Of a stretch of DNA of 54,682 nt, positions 38,224-48,800 are shown piece after piece; the first letter of the stretch is position 1, and every line of letters begins with the position of its first letter. The position numbers and the translations under genes are program-made. The stretch is from Candidatus Omnitrophota bacterium (lineage in GTDB: Bacteria > Omnitrophota > Omnitrophia > Omnitrophales > Aquincolibacteriaceae). The notes beneath the pieces were generated by a model that worked only from the letters and a program-made list of their open reading frames with translations, had not been told where the DNA came from and ran no database searches. Location of the stretch: contig JAHFHF010000010.1 of NCBI GenBank assembly GCA_023247055.1, positions 1-54,682 on the forward strand, given 5' to 3'.

Positions 38224-38834
38224 TCCGGGACCTCCAGCACGAAAACTCCGTTTAAAATTCCGAGGCCGCACAGGCGCGTCTCGACTTCACGGCATGACGA
38301 AACGCGCAGTCCCAATCTTTCAAAGAAGGCTTCCCATTCCGTTCGGGTACGGAAACCACAGGGATGTCCGATCCATTCAAAATTATAAAGACGGTCACGC
38401 AAAATTGTCCAAAAACGTCCCAGCGCATGGTGATAGAGGTCTTCGACCACCACAATCTTGCCGCGTGTCACCCGGCAGGCCTCGCGCAGCACCCCCGCCT
38501 GATCGCGGATGTGGTGAAGCACGGTCACGAAGAGGCTGGCGTTAAAACTTTTGTCCGGAAACGGCATGCGCATGCCGTCGTACATGACCACCGGTGCTTT
38601 TTGGTAGCCCGGACGGACGACGTCTAAAATAACAGGCTGGTGGCCCCGGCGTTCCAGCGGCCCCGCGTAAAAACCCCAGCGGCCTCCAATATCTAAGATC
38701 GAGGCCTTTTCCTGAAGGGCCTTTTCAAATAGCGAAACAAAAAATTCAGCCCGTTCTTCAAGCTGCCGTCCGGCACCCCCGCGGACGAGCGCATCCAGAG
38801 TGCGGGTTTGTAACCGGCGGATCATGTCTATCAT
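38220..38834 (-). CDS. Class I SAM-dependent methyltransferase
   Basis: ILDIGG, YDGMRMPFPDKSF, VLHHI, EACRV. Confidence 0.85.
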   Translation of the reverse strand: MIDMIRRLQTRTLDALVRGGAGRQLEERAEFFVSLFEKALQEKASILDIGGRWGFYAGPLERRGHQPVILDVVRPGYQKAPVVMYDGMRMPFPDKSFNASLFVTVLHHIRDQAGVLREACRVTRGKIVVVEDLYHHALGRFWTILRDRLYNFEWIGHPCGFRTRTEWEAFFERLGLRVSSCREVETRLCGLGILNGVFVLEVPE

Positions 38835-38859
38835 ACCTAAGTACCTGGTTTAGAAAGGG

Positions 38860-38920
38860 CTAGCGCTACGCAGGCTTCCTGGCCTCAGAAACGCTTTGGG
38901 CTTGAACAACGGTCAAGCCC
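38860..38920. repeat. Inverted degenerate copy of the 63-bp double-hairpin element
   Basis: ctagcgctacgcaggcttcctggcct...gggcttgaacaacggtcaagccc aligns to the reverse complement of the 40106-40171 unit. Confidence 0.7.
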
Positions 38921-39018
38921 GGCGCATTTTAACACAGGGTTTAGGCCCCCTCCAGTGCTTTTATCAGGGCCCTTTTTGACAGTTGCTTTTGCAGCGGCCT
39001 GCCCTTATTCTGTTCGCC

Positions 39019-39777
39019 ATGTCAAAACCACTGCAGCAAAAAGTCGCTCTCATCACAGGCGCTTCCCGGGGTATCGGCAAGGCCATTGCCTTTGAACTGG
39101 CGCATTTGGGCGCTTCCATCATGGTGAATTATGTCCGCAATGAAGAGGCTGCTGTTGAAACCGTCACAGCCCTGCGGGACATGGGTTCAGAAGCCCATTC
39201 TTTCCAAGCCAATGCCGGCGACGGCGCGGATCAAACTCTGCTCGTCGATGAAACCTTCAAACTTTTCGGCGGGGTTGATATTCTCGTGCACAATGCCGCT
39301 ATCGGGGCTTTTAAGCCGGTACACAAACTGAAGCCCAATCAATGGGATTTATCGATGACGATCAATACGCGCGCCTTACTTGAACTCACTCAGAAGGTGC
39401 TGCCCTCCATGGAATCGCGCGGCGGCGGAAGCATTATTGCGCTTTCGAGCCTGGGTTCGCATCGTTTTATTCCCAACTACGGTGCGATCGGCATTTCAAA
39501 GGCCGCCTTGGAAAGCCTGATCAAATATCTGGCCGTTGAACTTTCGCCCAAAGGTATCCGGGTCAATGGCGTCTCCGGTGGCCTGGTCGATACGGATGCC
39601 GTCCGCCATTTCCCTGAATTTGAAAAATTCCGCGACGAAGTCGTGCGCCGCACGCCGGCGGGCCGCATCGGAGCGCCGGAAGATCTCGCGCGCGTCGTCG
39701 CCTTTCTCGCCTCGCCTCAATCCGCCTGGATCTACGGTCAAATCCTCACCGCTGACGGCGGCCTCTCCCTGATTTAG
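39019..39777 (+). CDS. fabL: Enoyl-ACP reductase, FabL-like SDR
   Basis: TGASRGIG; Y-x6-K motif NYGAIGISKAALESLIKYLAVELSPK; VSGGLVDTDA. Confidence 0.78.
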   Translation: MSKPLQQKVALITGASRGIGKAIAFELAHLGASIMVNYVRNEEAAVETVTALRDMGSEAHSFQANAGDGADQTLLVDETFKLFGGVDILVHNAAIGAFKPVHKLKPNQWDLSMTINTRALLELTQKVLPSMESRGGGSIIALSSLGSHRFIPNYGAIGISKAALESLIKYLAVELSPKGIRVNGVSGGLVDTDAVRHFPEFEKFRDEVVRRTPAGRIGAPEDLARVVAFLASPQSAWIYGQILTADGGLSLI

Positions 39778-39807
39778 CGATACCGCGTTGTGCGAGTTAA
39801 TGCTCCT

Positions 39808-39909
39808 TTCCCCCACCTTGATCCTCCCCCGAAAAGCACGGGGGAGGAAACACCAGAATCTCTTTTATTTCTCACCCCGTGCTTTTCGGGGGGAAATTAA
39901 GAGGGGGAA
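39808..39909. repeat. REPIN-like inverted doublet, copy C
   Basis: Left arm identical to that of copy B; right arm ccccgtgcttttcggggggaaattaagaggggg. Confidence 0.88.
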
Positions 39910-39944
39910 CACAAAACTCCTACGTATTTTCAGTAAAAATAAAT

Positions 39945-40244
39945 TTAGGAATTGGAAGAAAGGAGGTTTTGCGAGTCAAAGCCGGTCTGGTGTACTTCGG
40001 GTTCTTCGTCATCAGCGCCCTGCTTCCAGTAGCCGGCTGAACCCGCCAGGCGGATGCAGCCCTGAAGCAGGGCAAGAAGCAGAATTAAAAACAACATACT
40101 CGATTTAGGCTTGAGTTTTTTTGACTCAAGCACAACGCTTCGCAGGCCAAGGAAGCCTGCGTATGCGCTAGGCTTGAGTTTTTTTGACTCAAGCACAACG
40201 CTTCGCAGGCCAAGGAAGCCTGCGTATGCGTTAGATTTTTCCAT
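39945..40244 (-). CDS. Small lipoprotein carrying a 2 x 21-aa repeat-derived insertion
   Basis: MLFLILLLALLQG-C lipobox; ATG 40244 overlaps the lnt end; alternative start at 40097. Confidence 0.65.
   Translation of the reverse strand: MEKSNAYAGFLGLRSVVLESKKLKPSAYAGFLGLRSVVLESKKLKPKSSMLFLILLLALLQGCIRLAGSAGYWKQGADDEEPEVHQTGFDSQNLLSSNS
40106..40234. repeat. 63-bp-period double-hairpin tandem repeat, 2 copies, TAG at each junction
   Basis: 40106-40167 = 40169-40230; stems gcttgagt/actcaagc and cgcaggc/gcctgcg. Confidence 0.95.
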
Positions 40245-41805
40245 ATTTTTCGCGCCCGTACTTTAGCCAGAGCATCAGACCCAAATTGGCCATCACCAAC
40301 AGCACCACGACCGGAAACATATACCCGCTGCGCATATAATGGGTCGGTCCGCGCTTCAACGTTATAAACCCTGTACCCTGTCCGGTCACGAAAAGATCCT
40401 CACTCTTTTGAGACCTGATTCGCTGGGTCACTCGGCCGCGGGCAGAGATCAGCGCCGAAACGCCGGTATTGGCTGTGCGCACGACCGGAACTCCGGTTTC
40501 AACGGCGCGGAAAATCGATGCCGCCAGATGCTGGTAAGGCGCGGCCGTGCGTCCAAACCACGAATCATTGGTGATGACCACCAAAAAGCGCGCCCCGCTT
40601 TCAACAAACCGCCGTGCAATATGCGGGAAAATGTCTTCAAAACAGATCATCACGCCAAAGGGCACATCATCATACAGCCGGAAAAGCTTGAAGGTTTGTC
40701 CCGCGCTGAAGTCCCCCACGCCAAAGGCATCCGCCAGCGGCATCAGCCAGCCCAGAGCAAATTTAAAAGGCACATATTCCCCAAACGGAACCAGCCGCAT
40801 TTTATCATAGCGCTCTTCCGCGGCTTCAGGGCCGCGCACGAGATAGGCGCTGTTGTAATAAACGCCGTCTTTTTCATAATGCGGACTGCCGATCAGGATA
40901 GGCGCGTGGATTTTTTGCGCTAACTCGCGCACCTGGGCGGCTTCGGCATCACGATTGAAATAGCCGGGAAAAGACGCCTCAGGCCAGACCACCAGATCCG
41001 GCGAATCAAACGACGCCAGCTGGGTCAGCTTCATTTGGACTTCGAGAATGCGGTCTTTGGCTTCCGGACGCCATTTAATGGCTTCGGGAATGTTGCTCTG
41101 CACCAGCGCCATGCGCAGCTGCTCACCGCCGTTTTCCGGACGGCTAAGCTGGTAGAAACCATGCGCCGCAATTAAGCCCACGATCAGAGGAACGCCTCCG
41201 GCGATGAAAAACAGGCGGATTTTCCCCTGGGGCTCCGCGGCCCGCACACGCATTTCCCAGGCATTGACCCCGCAGGCATTGACTGCCGCAATCGCAAAAC
41301 CCAGTCCGTAAACGCCGACGGTATTCGCGGATTGTAAGATGACCGGATAAAAACTCTGCGAATAAGCCAGCAGATGCCAGCCGAATCCCAGCACCGGAAT
41401 CTCCGTGCGCAGCCATTCCACAAGCGTCCAGCTGCCTGCCATCCAAATAATGCTATAGAGGCCGGGCGTAAAACGCCGTCCCCAGTAGATCAGGAGCGCA
41501 AAAAATCCAATAAACAAGGCTTCAAATAAAACGGCAAAAACGCAAGCGGGAAAAGCGACGTGGCGCAGCCAATATAAACCGGGTAAAAAAAAGACGAGGC
41601 CGCAGACATAGCCAAGGCGGAAAGCTTTTGCAGCATGCGGAGCCTGCCGGGCAGCCTGTAAAATAAAAAAAAGCGCTCCCCAAGCCAGAAATCCAAAACG
41701 GAAGTTAGGCTGACAAAAATAAAGCAAGAGACCGCTGGCTGCGGCCCACGCAAACGTCACTGGCCGGTCCCGCAGCACTTTTTGTGTTTTTTGCCGCTGC
41801 CGCAC
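40231..41805 (-). CDS. lnt: Apolipoprotein N-acyltransferase
   Basis: N-terminal TMs, [28 protein letters not shown]; start uncertain. Confidence 0.95.
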   Translation of the reverse strand: MRQRQKTQKVLRDRPVTFAWAAASGLLLYFCQPNFRFGFLAWGALFFILQAARQAPHAAKAFRLGYVCGLVFFLPGLYWLRHVAFPACVFAVLFEALFIGFFALLIYWGRRFTPGLYSIIWMAGSWTLVEWLRTEIPVLGFGWHLLAYSQSFYPVILQSANTVGVYGLGFAIAAVNACGVNAWEMRVRAAEPQGKIRLFFIAGGVPLIVGLIAAHGFYQLSRPENGGEQLRMALVQSNIPEAIKWRPEAKDRILEVQMKLTQLASFDSPDLVVWPEASFPGYFNRDAEAAQVRELAQKIHAPILIGSPHYEKDGVYYNSAYLVRGPEAAEERYDKMRLVPFGEYVPFKFALGWLMPLADAFGVGDFSAGQTFKLFRLYDDVPFGVMICFEDIFPHIARRFVESGARFLVVITNDSWFGRTAAPYQHLAASIFRAVETGVPVVRTANTGVSALISARGRVTQRIRSQKSEDLFVTGQGTGFITLKRGPTHYMRSGYMFPVVVLLVMANLGLMLWLKYGREKYGKI

Positions 41806-44414
41806 GGGCAGGGATCATTGCGGCCGACTTTGGCATGCTCGCGTTTGATTGGCGCGGGCGCGCTTTCGTCAGTGCGCACGGACGGCTGTTCGTGGTGCGG
41901 CCCGGCCAAAGGATCGGGCGCCGGAAAACTGGCCAATCCGCCGGCGGCAGGATGATGAAACTCATGCGGCGTGGTTTCCATGACGCTTTTCATTTTTTCT
42001 TCCCGCACGACCTGCACGGCAAAAATTAATTCCACAACTTCTTCCTTGACGCTGGCGACCATGGCTTCAAAAAGCATAAAAGCCTCCCGCTTATATTCTA
42101 CCAGCGGGTCTTTTTGCGCATAGGCGCGCAGTCCGATGCCTTCCTTCAGGTTGTCGAGCGCGTAAAGATGGTCTTTCCATTTTCCGTCAATGACCTGCAG
42201 CAAAATATAACTGCACAGGTAAGTCATCCGGGCCTGCGTAAATTCGTTCTCTTTACGCTCATAAGTCGCTTTGAGTTTGCCCAGAATGGCATCGCGCAGC
42301 GGTTCGACAAAATCGGTGTTCTCTTTGACCTCCACGTTAAAATCCAAACCAAACTTGGCGCTCAGGGCCCGCGCCAAACCGTCGGGATTTTTGCGGTCTT
42401 CGTCAAAATCCGGATGCATATACACGGAAAGAAGCTCCTCAACCACATCTTCCGTCATTTCCCAGACATGTTCGCGGATACTCTCGCCTTTTAAGACGCG
42501 GTCGCGCTCGGCATAAATCAATTCGCGCTGACGGTTCATCACGTCGTCATATTCCAGCAGGTGTTTGCGGATTTCGAAGTTGCGGCTTTCCACGCGTTTT
42601 TGTGCGGTTTCAATGGCCTTGGTCACGAATGGATGCTGGATCTCTTCGCCGTCTTCCATGCCCAGTTTCTGCATGACGCCCGAGATGCGGTCAGAACCAA
42701 AAATACGCATCAGATCGTCTTCTAGCGAAAGAAAAAATTTGGATTGGCCCGGATCGCCCTGACGGCCGCAGCGGCCGCGCAGCTGGTTATCAATGCGCCG
42801 CGATTCGTGACGCTCGGTGCCGACCACATACAAGCCGCCTTTTTGTGCCACGTTTTCGCCCAGCAAAATATCGGTTCCGCGGCCGGCCATATTGGTCGCA
42901 ATCGTAATCGCCGTGTCTTGACCGGCGCGCGCAATAATCTCAGCTTCCTGTTCATGGTACTTGGCATTCAAAACCGCATGCGGCAAATTTTTAGTCCGCA
43001 GCATTTTGCTCAAGCGCTCTGACTTTTCAATCGAGATCGTACCGACCAACACGGGACGCCCGGTTTGATGTTCCTGGATGATTTCTTTGACCACGGCTTC
43101 GAATTTTTCACGTTCCGTGCGGAAGACACCGTCGGCCAGGTCTTTGCGCACACAAGGGCGATTGGGCGGGATAATCACCACATCAAGTTTATAAATTTTA
43201 TGGAATTCAAGGGCCTCCGTGGCCGCGGTGCCGGTCATGCCCGCCAGCTTTTTGTACATGCGGAAATAATTCTGGAAGGTAATCGTCGCCAGCGTTTGGT
43301 TCTCACGGCGAATTTCAACTTTCTCCTTGGCTTCAAGAGCCTGGTGCAGGCCGTCGGAAAAACGCCGGCCCGGCATCAGACGGCCGGTAAATTCATCCAC
43401 AATAATAATCTCGCCGTCTTTGATGACATAATCCACGTCGAGCTGAAAAAACTCCTTGGCGCGCAGGGCCGTCGTCAGCTGATGCCGCTCATCGATCGTG
43501 CCGGCCTCGTGCAGATTCTCGACCCCCATCAACTTGGCGCCGCCCGCTTCGCCGCGTTCCGTCAGGGAAATGGTCTTGGATTTTTCATCTACGAGGTAGT
43601 CAAACTCCAGCTTCTTCTTTTCGATTTCATTTTTCCAGGTCACATTGGTCTTGTCTTCGATCATGCGGTAGCCTTCCAAACGCACTGCGGCTTTGCGTGC
43701 ACGGAAGTATTTCTCGGTTGAATCTTCCGCGGGGCCGGAAATAATGAGCGGCGTACGGGCTTCGTCGACTAAGATCGAGTCAACTTCGTCAACAATCGCG
43801 TAGTTGAGGGGCCGCTGCACGCGCTGCTCCAGACTGGAAACCATGTTGTCGCGCAAGTAATCAAAACCGAATTCGTTGTTCGTTCCGAACGTAATGTCGC
43901 AGCGGTAGGCCGCATTGCGCGCCTCATGCTCCATATCATGCTGAATCACGCCTACGGTCAGACCCAGCTTTTCATAGATCGGACCCATCCACTCCCGGTC
44001 GCGGCGGGCCAGATAGTCGTTGACGGTCACCACATGGACGCCCTTGCCTTCCAGGGCATTGAGATAAACCGGCAGGGTTCCGACCAGGGTTTTTCCTTCT
44101 CCCGTAGACATTTCGGAAATTTTCCCCTGATGCAGCACCATGCCGCCCAAAAGCTGGACGTCAAAATGCCGCATGCCCGTCGTGCGCCGTGACGTTTCGC
44201 GAACCACGGCGAAAGCTTCGGGCAAAATACGGTCCAGAGTTTCTCCGCCCGCAAGACGGCGGCGGAATTCCGGCGTTTTTTGGCTGAGTTCGTCATCTGT
44301 CAGTTTTTGCAGGGCCGGCTCCATGGCGTTGATCGACTGGACCACCGGCCAAAGTTTTTTGAGTGTGCGGGAGTTCTGGCTTCCAAAAATTTTCTTAAGC
44401 ATCAGCTGAATCAT
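41757..44414 (-). CDS. secA: Preprotein translocase SecA
   Basis: [36 protein letters not shown]-terminal [13 protein letters not shown]. Confidence 0.99.
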   Translation of the reverse strand: MIQLMLKKIFGSQNSRTLKKLWPVVQSINAMEPALQKLTDDELSQKTPEFRRRLAGGETLDRILPEAFAVVRETSRRTTGMRHFDVQLLGGMVLHQGKISEMSTGEGKTLVGTLPVYLNALEGKGVHVVTVNDYLARRDREWMGPIYEKLGLTVGVIQHDMEHEARNAAYRCDITFGTNNEFGFDYLRDNMVSSLEQRVQRPLNYAIVDEVDSILVDEARTPLIISGPAEDSTEKYFRARKAAVRLEGYRMIEDKTNVTWKNEIEKKKLEFDYLVDEKSKTISLTERGEAGGAKLMGVENLHEAGTIDERHQLTTALRAKEFFQLDVDYVIKDGEIIIVDEFTGRLMPGRRFSDGLHQALEAKEKVEIRRENQTLATITFQNYFRMYKKLAGMTGTAATEALEFHKIYKLDVVIIPPNRPCVRKDLADGVFRTEREKFEAVVKEIIQEHQTGRPVLVGTISIEKSERLSKMLRTKNLPHAVLNAKYHEQEAEIIARAGQDTAITIATNMAGRGTDILLGENVAQKGGLYVVGTERHESRRIDNQLRGRCGRQGDPGQSKFFLSLEDDLMRIFGSDRISGVMQKLGMEDGEEIQHPFVTKAIETAQKRVESRNFEIRKHLLEYDDVMNRQRELIYAERDRVLKGESIREHVWEMTEDVVEELLSVYMHPDFDEDRKNPDGLARALSAKFGLDFNVEVKENTDFVEPLRDAILGKLKATYERKENEFTQARMTYLCSYILLQVIDGKWKDHLYALDNLKEGIGLRAYAQKDPLVEYKREAFMLFEAMVASVKEEVVELIFAVQVVREEKMKSVMETTPHEFHHPAAGGLASFPAPDPLAGPHHEQPSVRTDESAPAPIKREHAKVGRNDPCPCGSGKKHKKCCGTGQ

Positions 44415-44417
44415 GGG

Positions 44418-45531
44418 TTATTTCTTCCTGGCAGCGGCCATTTTTAAATAAGCTTTCATAAAATCATCCAGTTCGCCGTCCATGACGGCCTGAACATTCG
44501 AAGTCTCGACGTCGGTGCGCAGGTCCTTGACCATCGAATAGGGATGAAAAACGTAAGAACGGATCTGCGAACCCCACGAAATCTCTTTCTTCTCGCCGTA
44601 ACGTGCAAGGTTTTCCATTTCCTGCTCACGCCGAATTTTCTCATAAATACGGGCCTTCAGAATTTTCATGGCCACCTGCCGGTTCTGAAACTGCGAGCGT
44701 TCATTCTGGCATTGGGCGATCACGCCGGTGGGGATATGCAAAATACGCACCGCGCTTTCGGTTTTATTGACATGCTGCCCGCCCGCCCCCCCGGCCCGGT
44801 AGGTATCAATCTTAAGGTCTGTTTCCTTGATTTCAATGTCGGGAATGTCCTCGACTTCAGGAATGACGTCGACCGAAGCAAACGACGTGTGCCGCCGTTT
44901 ATTGGAATCAAAAGGCGAAATGCGCACCAGACGGTGTACCCCGCATTCGGTCTTCAGGTACCCGAAAGCATAAGGCCCTTTGACCATCATCATCATATTC
45001 TTGACCCCGGCCTCTTCGCCGGAAAGCCAATCGACCAGTTCGACCGTATAACCGTTTTGTTCCGCCCAGCGCACGTACATGCGGTAGAGCATGGACGCCC
45101 AATCACAGGACTCCGTGCCGCCCGCTCCGGCATTAATACTTAAAATCGCGTTCTTGGCATCCAATGGATCGGAGAGCAGGCGCTGAAACTCCAGCGTTTC
45201 GACTTCGCGCCCCAACTTGGCCGTCTCAGTTTCTAATTCACGAAAAGACTCCTGTTGGTTTTCATCCACCATTCCCAGAAGTTCTTCCAAGTCTTGTACC
45301 GATTGATAACTGCGAAACCAGGGCTCAATCATTTTTTTCAGGAGTTTGAGGCGGTCGACCGTTTCCTGGGCTTCCTGCGGCCGGTCCCAAAAACCCGGCT
45401 GGGCCATTTTCGCGTTCAGCGCCTCGATTTCTTTTTGGCGGGTATCAACGTCAAAGATACCCCCGTATCTCGAGCAGCTTGTCCTTGAGTTCGCCCAGAC
45501 GGCGCTTGAGGTTCTCGATCTCCGATTTCAT
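44418..45531 (-). CDS. prfB: Peptide chain release factor 2, +1 programmed frameshift
   Basis: ATG 45531 opens a 26-codon first frame ending GGG TAT CTT TGA C; the +1 frame joins ORF 45407-44418 with SPF and GGQ motifs. Confidence 0.97.
45450..45464 (-). promoter_or_regulatory. prfB frameshift site (internal SD-like GGGGG + CTT TGA C)
   Basis: Minus strand reads ggggg tat ctt tga c. Confidence 0.95.
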
Positions 45532-45650
45532 GAATGCCTTTATTGTGTACCGTCACAGGGAATAGTTTCAAACCTTTTCCTGCAACTGCGTAGCGAAAGC
45601 GAGTAGTGTATCAAAAATAACCGTTCATGAGAAGAATCGCTGGAGAATAC

Positions 45651-45805
45651 TCCCCCCTCTTAATCTCCCCCCGGAAAGCACAGGGGGAGAGACAAAAGGT
45701 GAAGGCTATTTATTTTCATCCCCCGTGCTTTCCGGGGAGAGCTTAAGGGAATATCCTTTTTGTCTCCTCCCCCGTGCTTTCCGGGGGAGGATTAAGGTGG
45801 GGGAA
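45651..45805. repeat. REPIN-like element, copy D (three arms)
   Basis: One forward arm (ggaaagcac) and two inverted arms (gtgctttcc) between the giant ORF end and the prfB start. Confidence 0.85.
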
Positions 45806-45868
45806 AAATCGCTTAGGGAGGAGAATCACATGCAAATCCAGAACGCCGTGATAACACCGCAAATTTTT

Positions 45869-48800
45869 TTAGGCGGCGGCTTGAACGCGGGCTTGTTTTG
45901 CGGCTTCTTGCGCAAGCAGATGTGTGAGCATTTCGAAGTCTCGCAGGGTTTGTTCATCGGCAATCTGGATCATGTAATCGCTGTTTTTAATCAGGCCGCG
46001 AACTGTTTTTTCAGACAAAGCCGCTAGGCCGGCAAGCAAAAGCTGGGCTGGCGAAGCCTCCGGCGATGCCGTGATTTTTTGCCGGTTGGCGTATTCCGCG
46101 CCATCCAGCGACACACGGGTCTTTCGCAGACGAAGAGATTCGGCTGGGCGCGAACTAATCGCTAAATCGGCCGGACCTTGGAGATTTAAATCGGCCGCCA
46201 TTTCTCTAGCATCCATAATCCGGATGCGCCCCTGGGATCTCAGCATACGCACCTTTGTTGGATCACCGCGGCTTAAAAGTTTCATCATTTCTCCTTTGAC
46301 ACTACGATCGGGCGCAGCAATCCGGATGCTAAGATTTGGATTCAGCAGCGCGGCATTCATGGCAGCATCCACTAACCCCTGGTACAGCGCTTGACGGTCT
46401 TCGCGGCTGTTCCATTCGGCAGTCAACTCATAATCCATCATCACTTTTTCCTTCATGGATAAGATCACCGCAAGCAGGTCTTGAGCATGCGAGAAATCTG
46501 CCTTCGCATCGCCTACGGCTTGACCAGGGAGCCCGATTCCCTCTTTCGTGGGAATATCCGCCGCATTTAAAATTTGTGCCAAACGATCCCCAAAATGGTT
46601 CAAGGCTCGTTCTGATTCCGCGCTGCGAAGCACGCCATACGCTGAGAATGTGTCTCCAAAGACGGCCAGCGGTTTAGACTGATTTTCCTTTGGCAGCGCC
46701 AGCATCGCTTCCACCCATGCATCCGTCCGGCTTAAAGCTTGCGCACGCCGCGCATCGATATTTTCAAATACCTGGGCTGCAATCGCATGGCTAATCTCCT
46801 GCACGGCAGTTCGGGCCTGCCGAATCACTGTCAGGTTATGCGCAATCATTTGAGCCTGCGGCTCCTGTTGCTCCAATTGATCCGCAATCAAGCGCACTTC
46901 CGACCGCATGCTTGCCAAAGTTGCGGTCCAAATGTTTCCGGCATCAGTCCCTGAAGTCATCCGCCGATCCCCTTCGCTAGCCTCACTGCGCTGCGCGTCC
47001 AATTGCTCACTCTGACTTAAGGCTTCCATTTGCTCGCCATAGCGGCCCAGACGATCCAATAATTGCTCGGTGGAATTGGCGGCCATGAAGATATCCGCTA
47101 ACGCTTCGGATTTTCCACGGTTTAAATCCAAAAGTTTTTTAATGACCGCTTCCGAGCCCCATTCGCGCGTTTTCTCCGGCCCAACACCGGCATTGAATGC
47201 AAACATCCGCACCAGCCGCTTTGCTATTTTTTCGCGGGTAGTCGCCGCTTGAAGTAAGGAACTTCCCGACCCATCTTTTATTTTAAAAAAAACATCGCAC
47301 AACCCATTCTGAAGCAGCCCTCTTCTTGCAGCCTGTTCAGAAACATCCAACTCCGTTTCGAAAAGATCCGCCAGCATTTTTACCAGCGCCCGAATTTCAA
47401 AGTTAGAAACCTGTTGTTGGGTTATCGGTTCCGTCTGGAGTTTCCCCAATAATTCATCCATGATCTGAACCGACCACGCGTGATAATAGCGTTTTAAATC
47501 GGCCTCGACCTCCGTAACATTCCGGGTCTTGCCCACGACAAGAATCTGCTTAATCGCATCAAACCTGGCCCGGTCAAGCCGGCTTTTCTTATGGTCGCGC
47601 ATACCGTAAAGCCGGCTCAACGTCGCTTCAAGACTTGATTGATTTCCATACCCTTCATATCGCAAAACCTCGACGGCCAAAGCAGAACCAAAAGATTGGA
47701 TGGCTAACCGGCCGGCCCCCGCCGCTTCATCGACCGCGTCCGGAATAGGAAGTAAGGCCAAGACCTGAGTCAGGGCCCGTTCGCGGGAATTACTCGTATC
47801 CATATGCCGGAACAATTCACGCACGACATAACCCAACTCCTGCATGGCCCAGCTGGCATGCACGTCATCGCCTTGAATTTTCGAAAGCTCCGCCAAAACG
47901 GCATTGAGTAATTGCTTCTGCATCTCAACATCCTTAAGAAATTGCACGATCAAAAACAGGCTGGCTCCCAACGACCTTCTTAACCCATTGATCTCGTGAG
48001 AACTGCCCTCCGTCACTGAAAAAACAGCCGTAAAAAGTTTTGCCACCTTAGCCGTGCGCTCAGGATCTTTCAAGGCATAAAGGACATTTCGCAATTCAAG
48101 ACTCAACATTTCTAAAGCGTGTTTTGCTTCGGAGAGAGGCTCTTGAATTTCGCCAAACTCGTCCATAAAAAAATCTGCAACCAGCCTCTGCATGTCTCGG
48201 TCACGAATTTCTTCAACCTGTTTGGATATTTTATTCCTGAAATCAATCCGTTCTGAATTTATACCGCTAAACTCTTTTTGCATTTCACGGCCTCGCTCAA
48301 CCATGGCACGAATTCTTGTTTTTAACTCCGTCAGTTTTGCGGGATGACGCCGGTAGTCCAATTGCCTAAGGCCATACTCCACGATCTGGGTAATTCTTTC
48401 ACTGTGCTGCCACCGGCCTAAAACAGCGTTCATCCAGGCTTCTACCGCATTAAGCTGAGATAATGGGACACTCCAAATGATTTCCGCTAAAGCTTCCTCC
48501 GTCTTCCAATAGGGCTCTAATCCCTGATAAATGTCATTTTGATTAATCTTTTTTGCAGATTCCAAAACCCGATCTAACTGTGCTCGCAACGAACTCCGAA
48601 CCTCGGAACGTACGCTTGCCGAAGTCGCGGTCCAAATGTTTCCGGCATCAGTTCCTGGAGCCAGCCGCCGATCCCCTTCGCTCGCCTTACTGCGCTCCGC
48701 GTCCAATTGAGCACTCTGACTTAAGGCTTCCATTTGCTCGCCATAGCGGTCCAAGCGATCCAGCAACTCGGGCTCGGAACGGGAAGCCATAAAAATGTCC

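Noticed and set aside
1-45805. GTGCTT hexamer shared by several repeat families as a common recognition motif
   Set aside because: Only 6 bp, in different structural positions, absent from REPIN copy A and the 60-bp unit; cannot be separated from chance without genome-wide counts
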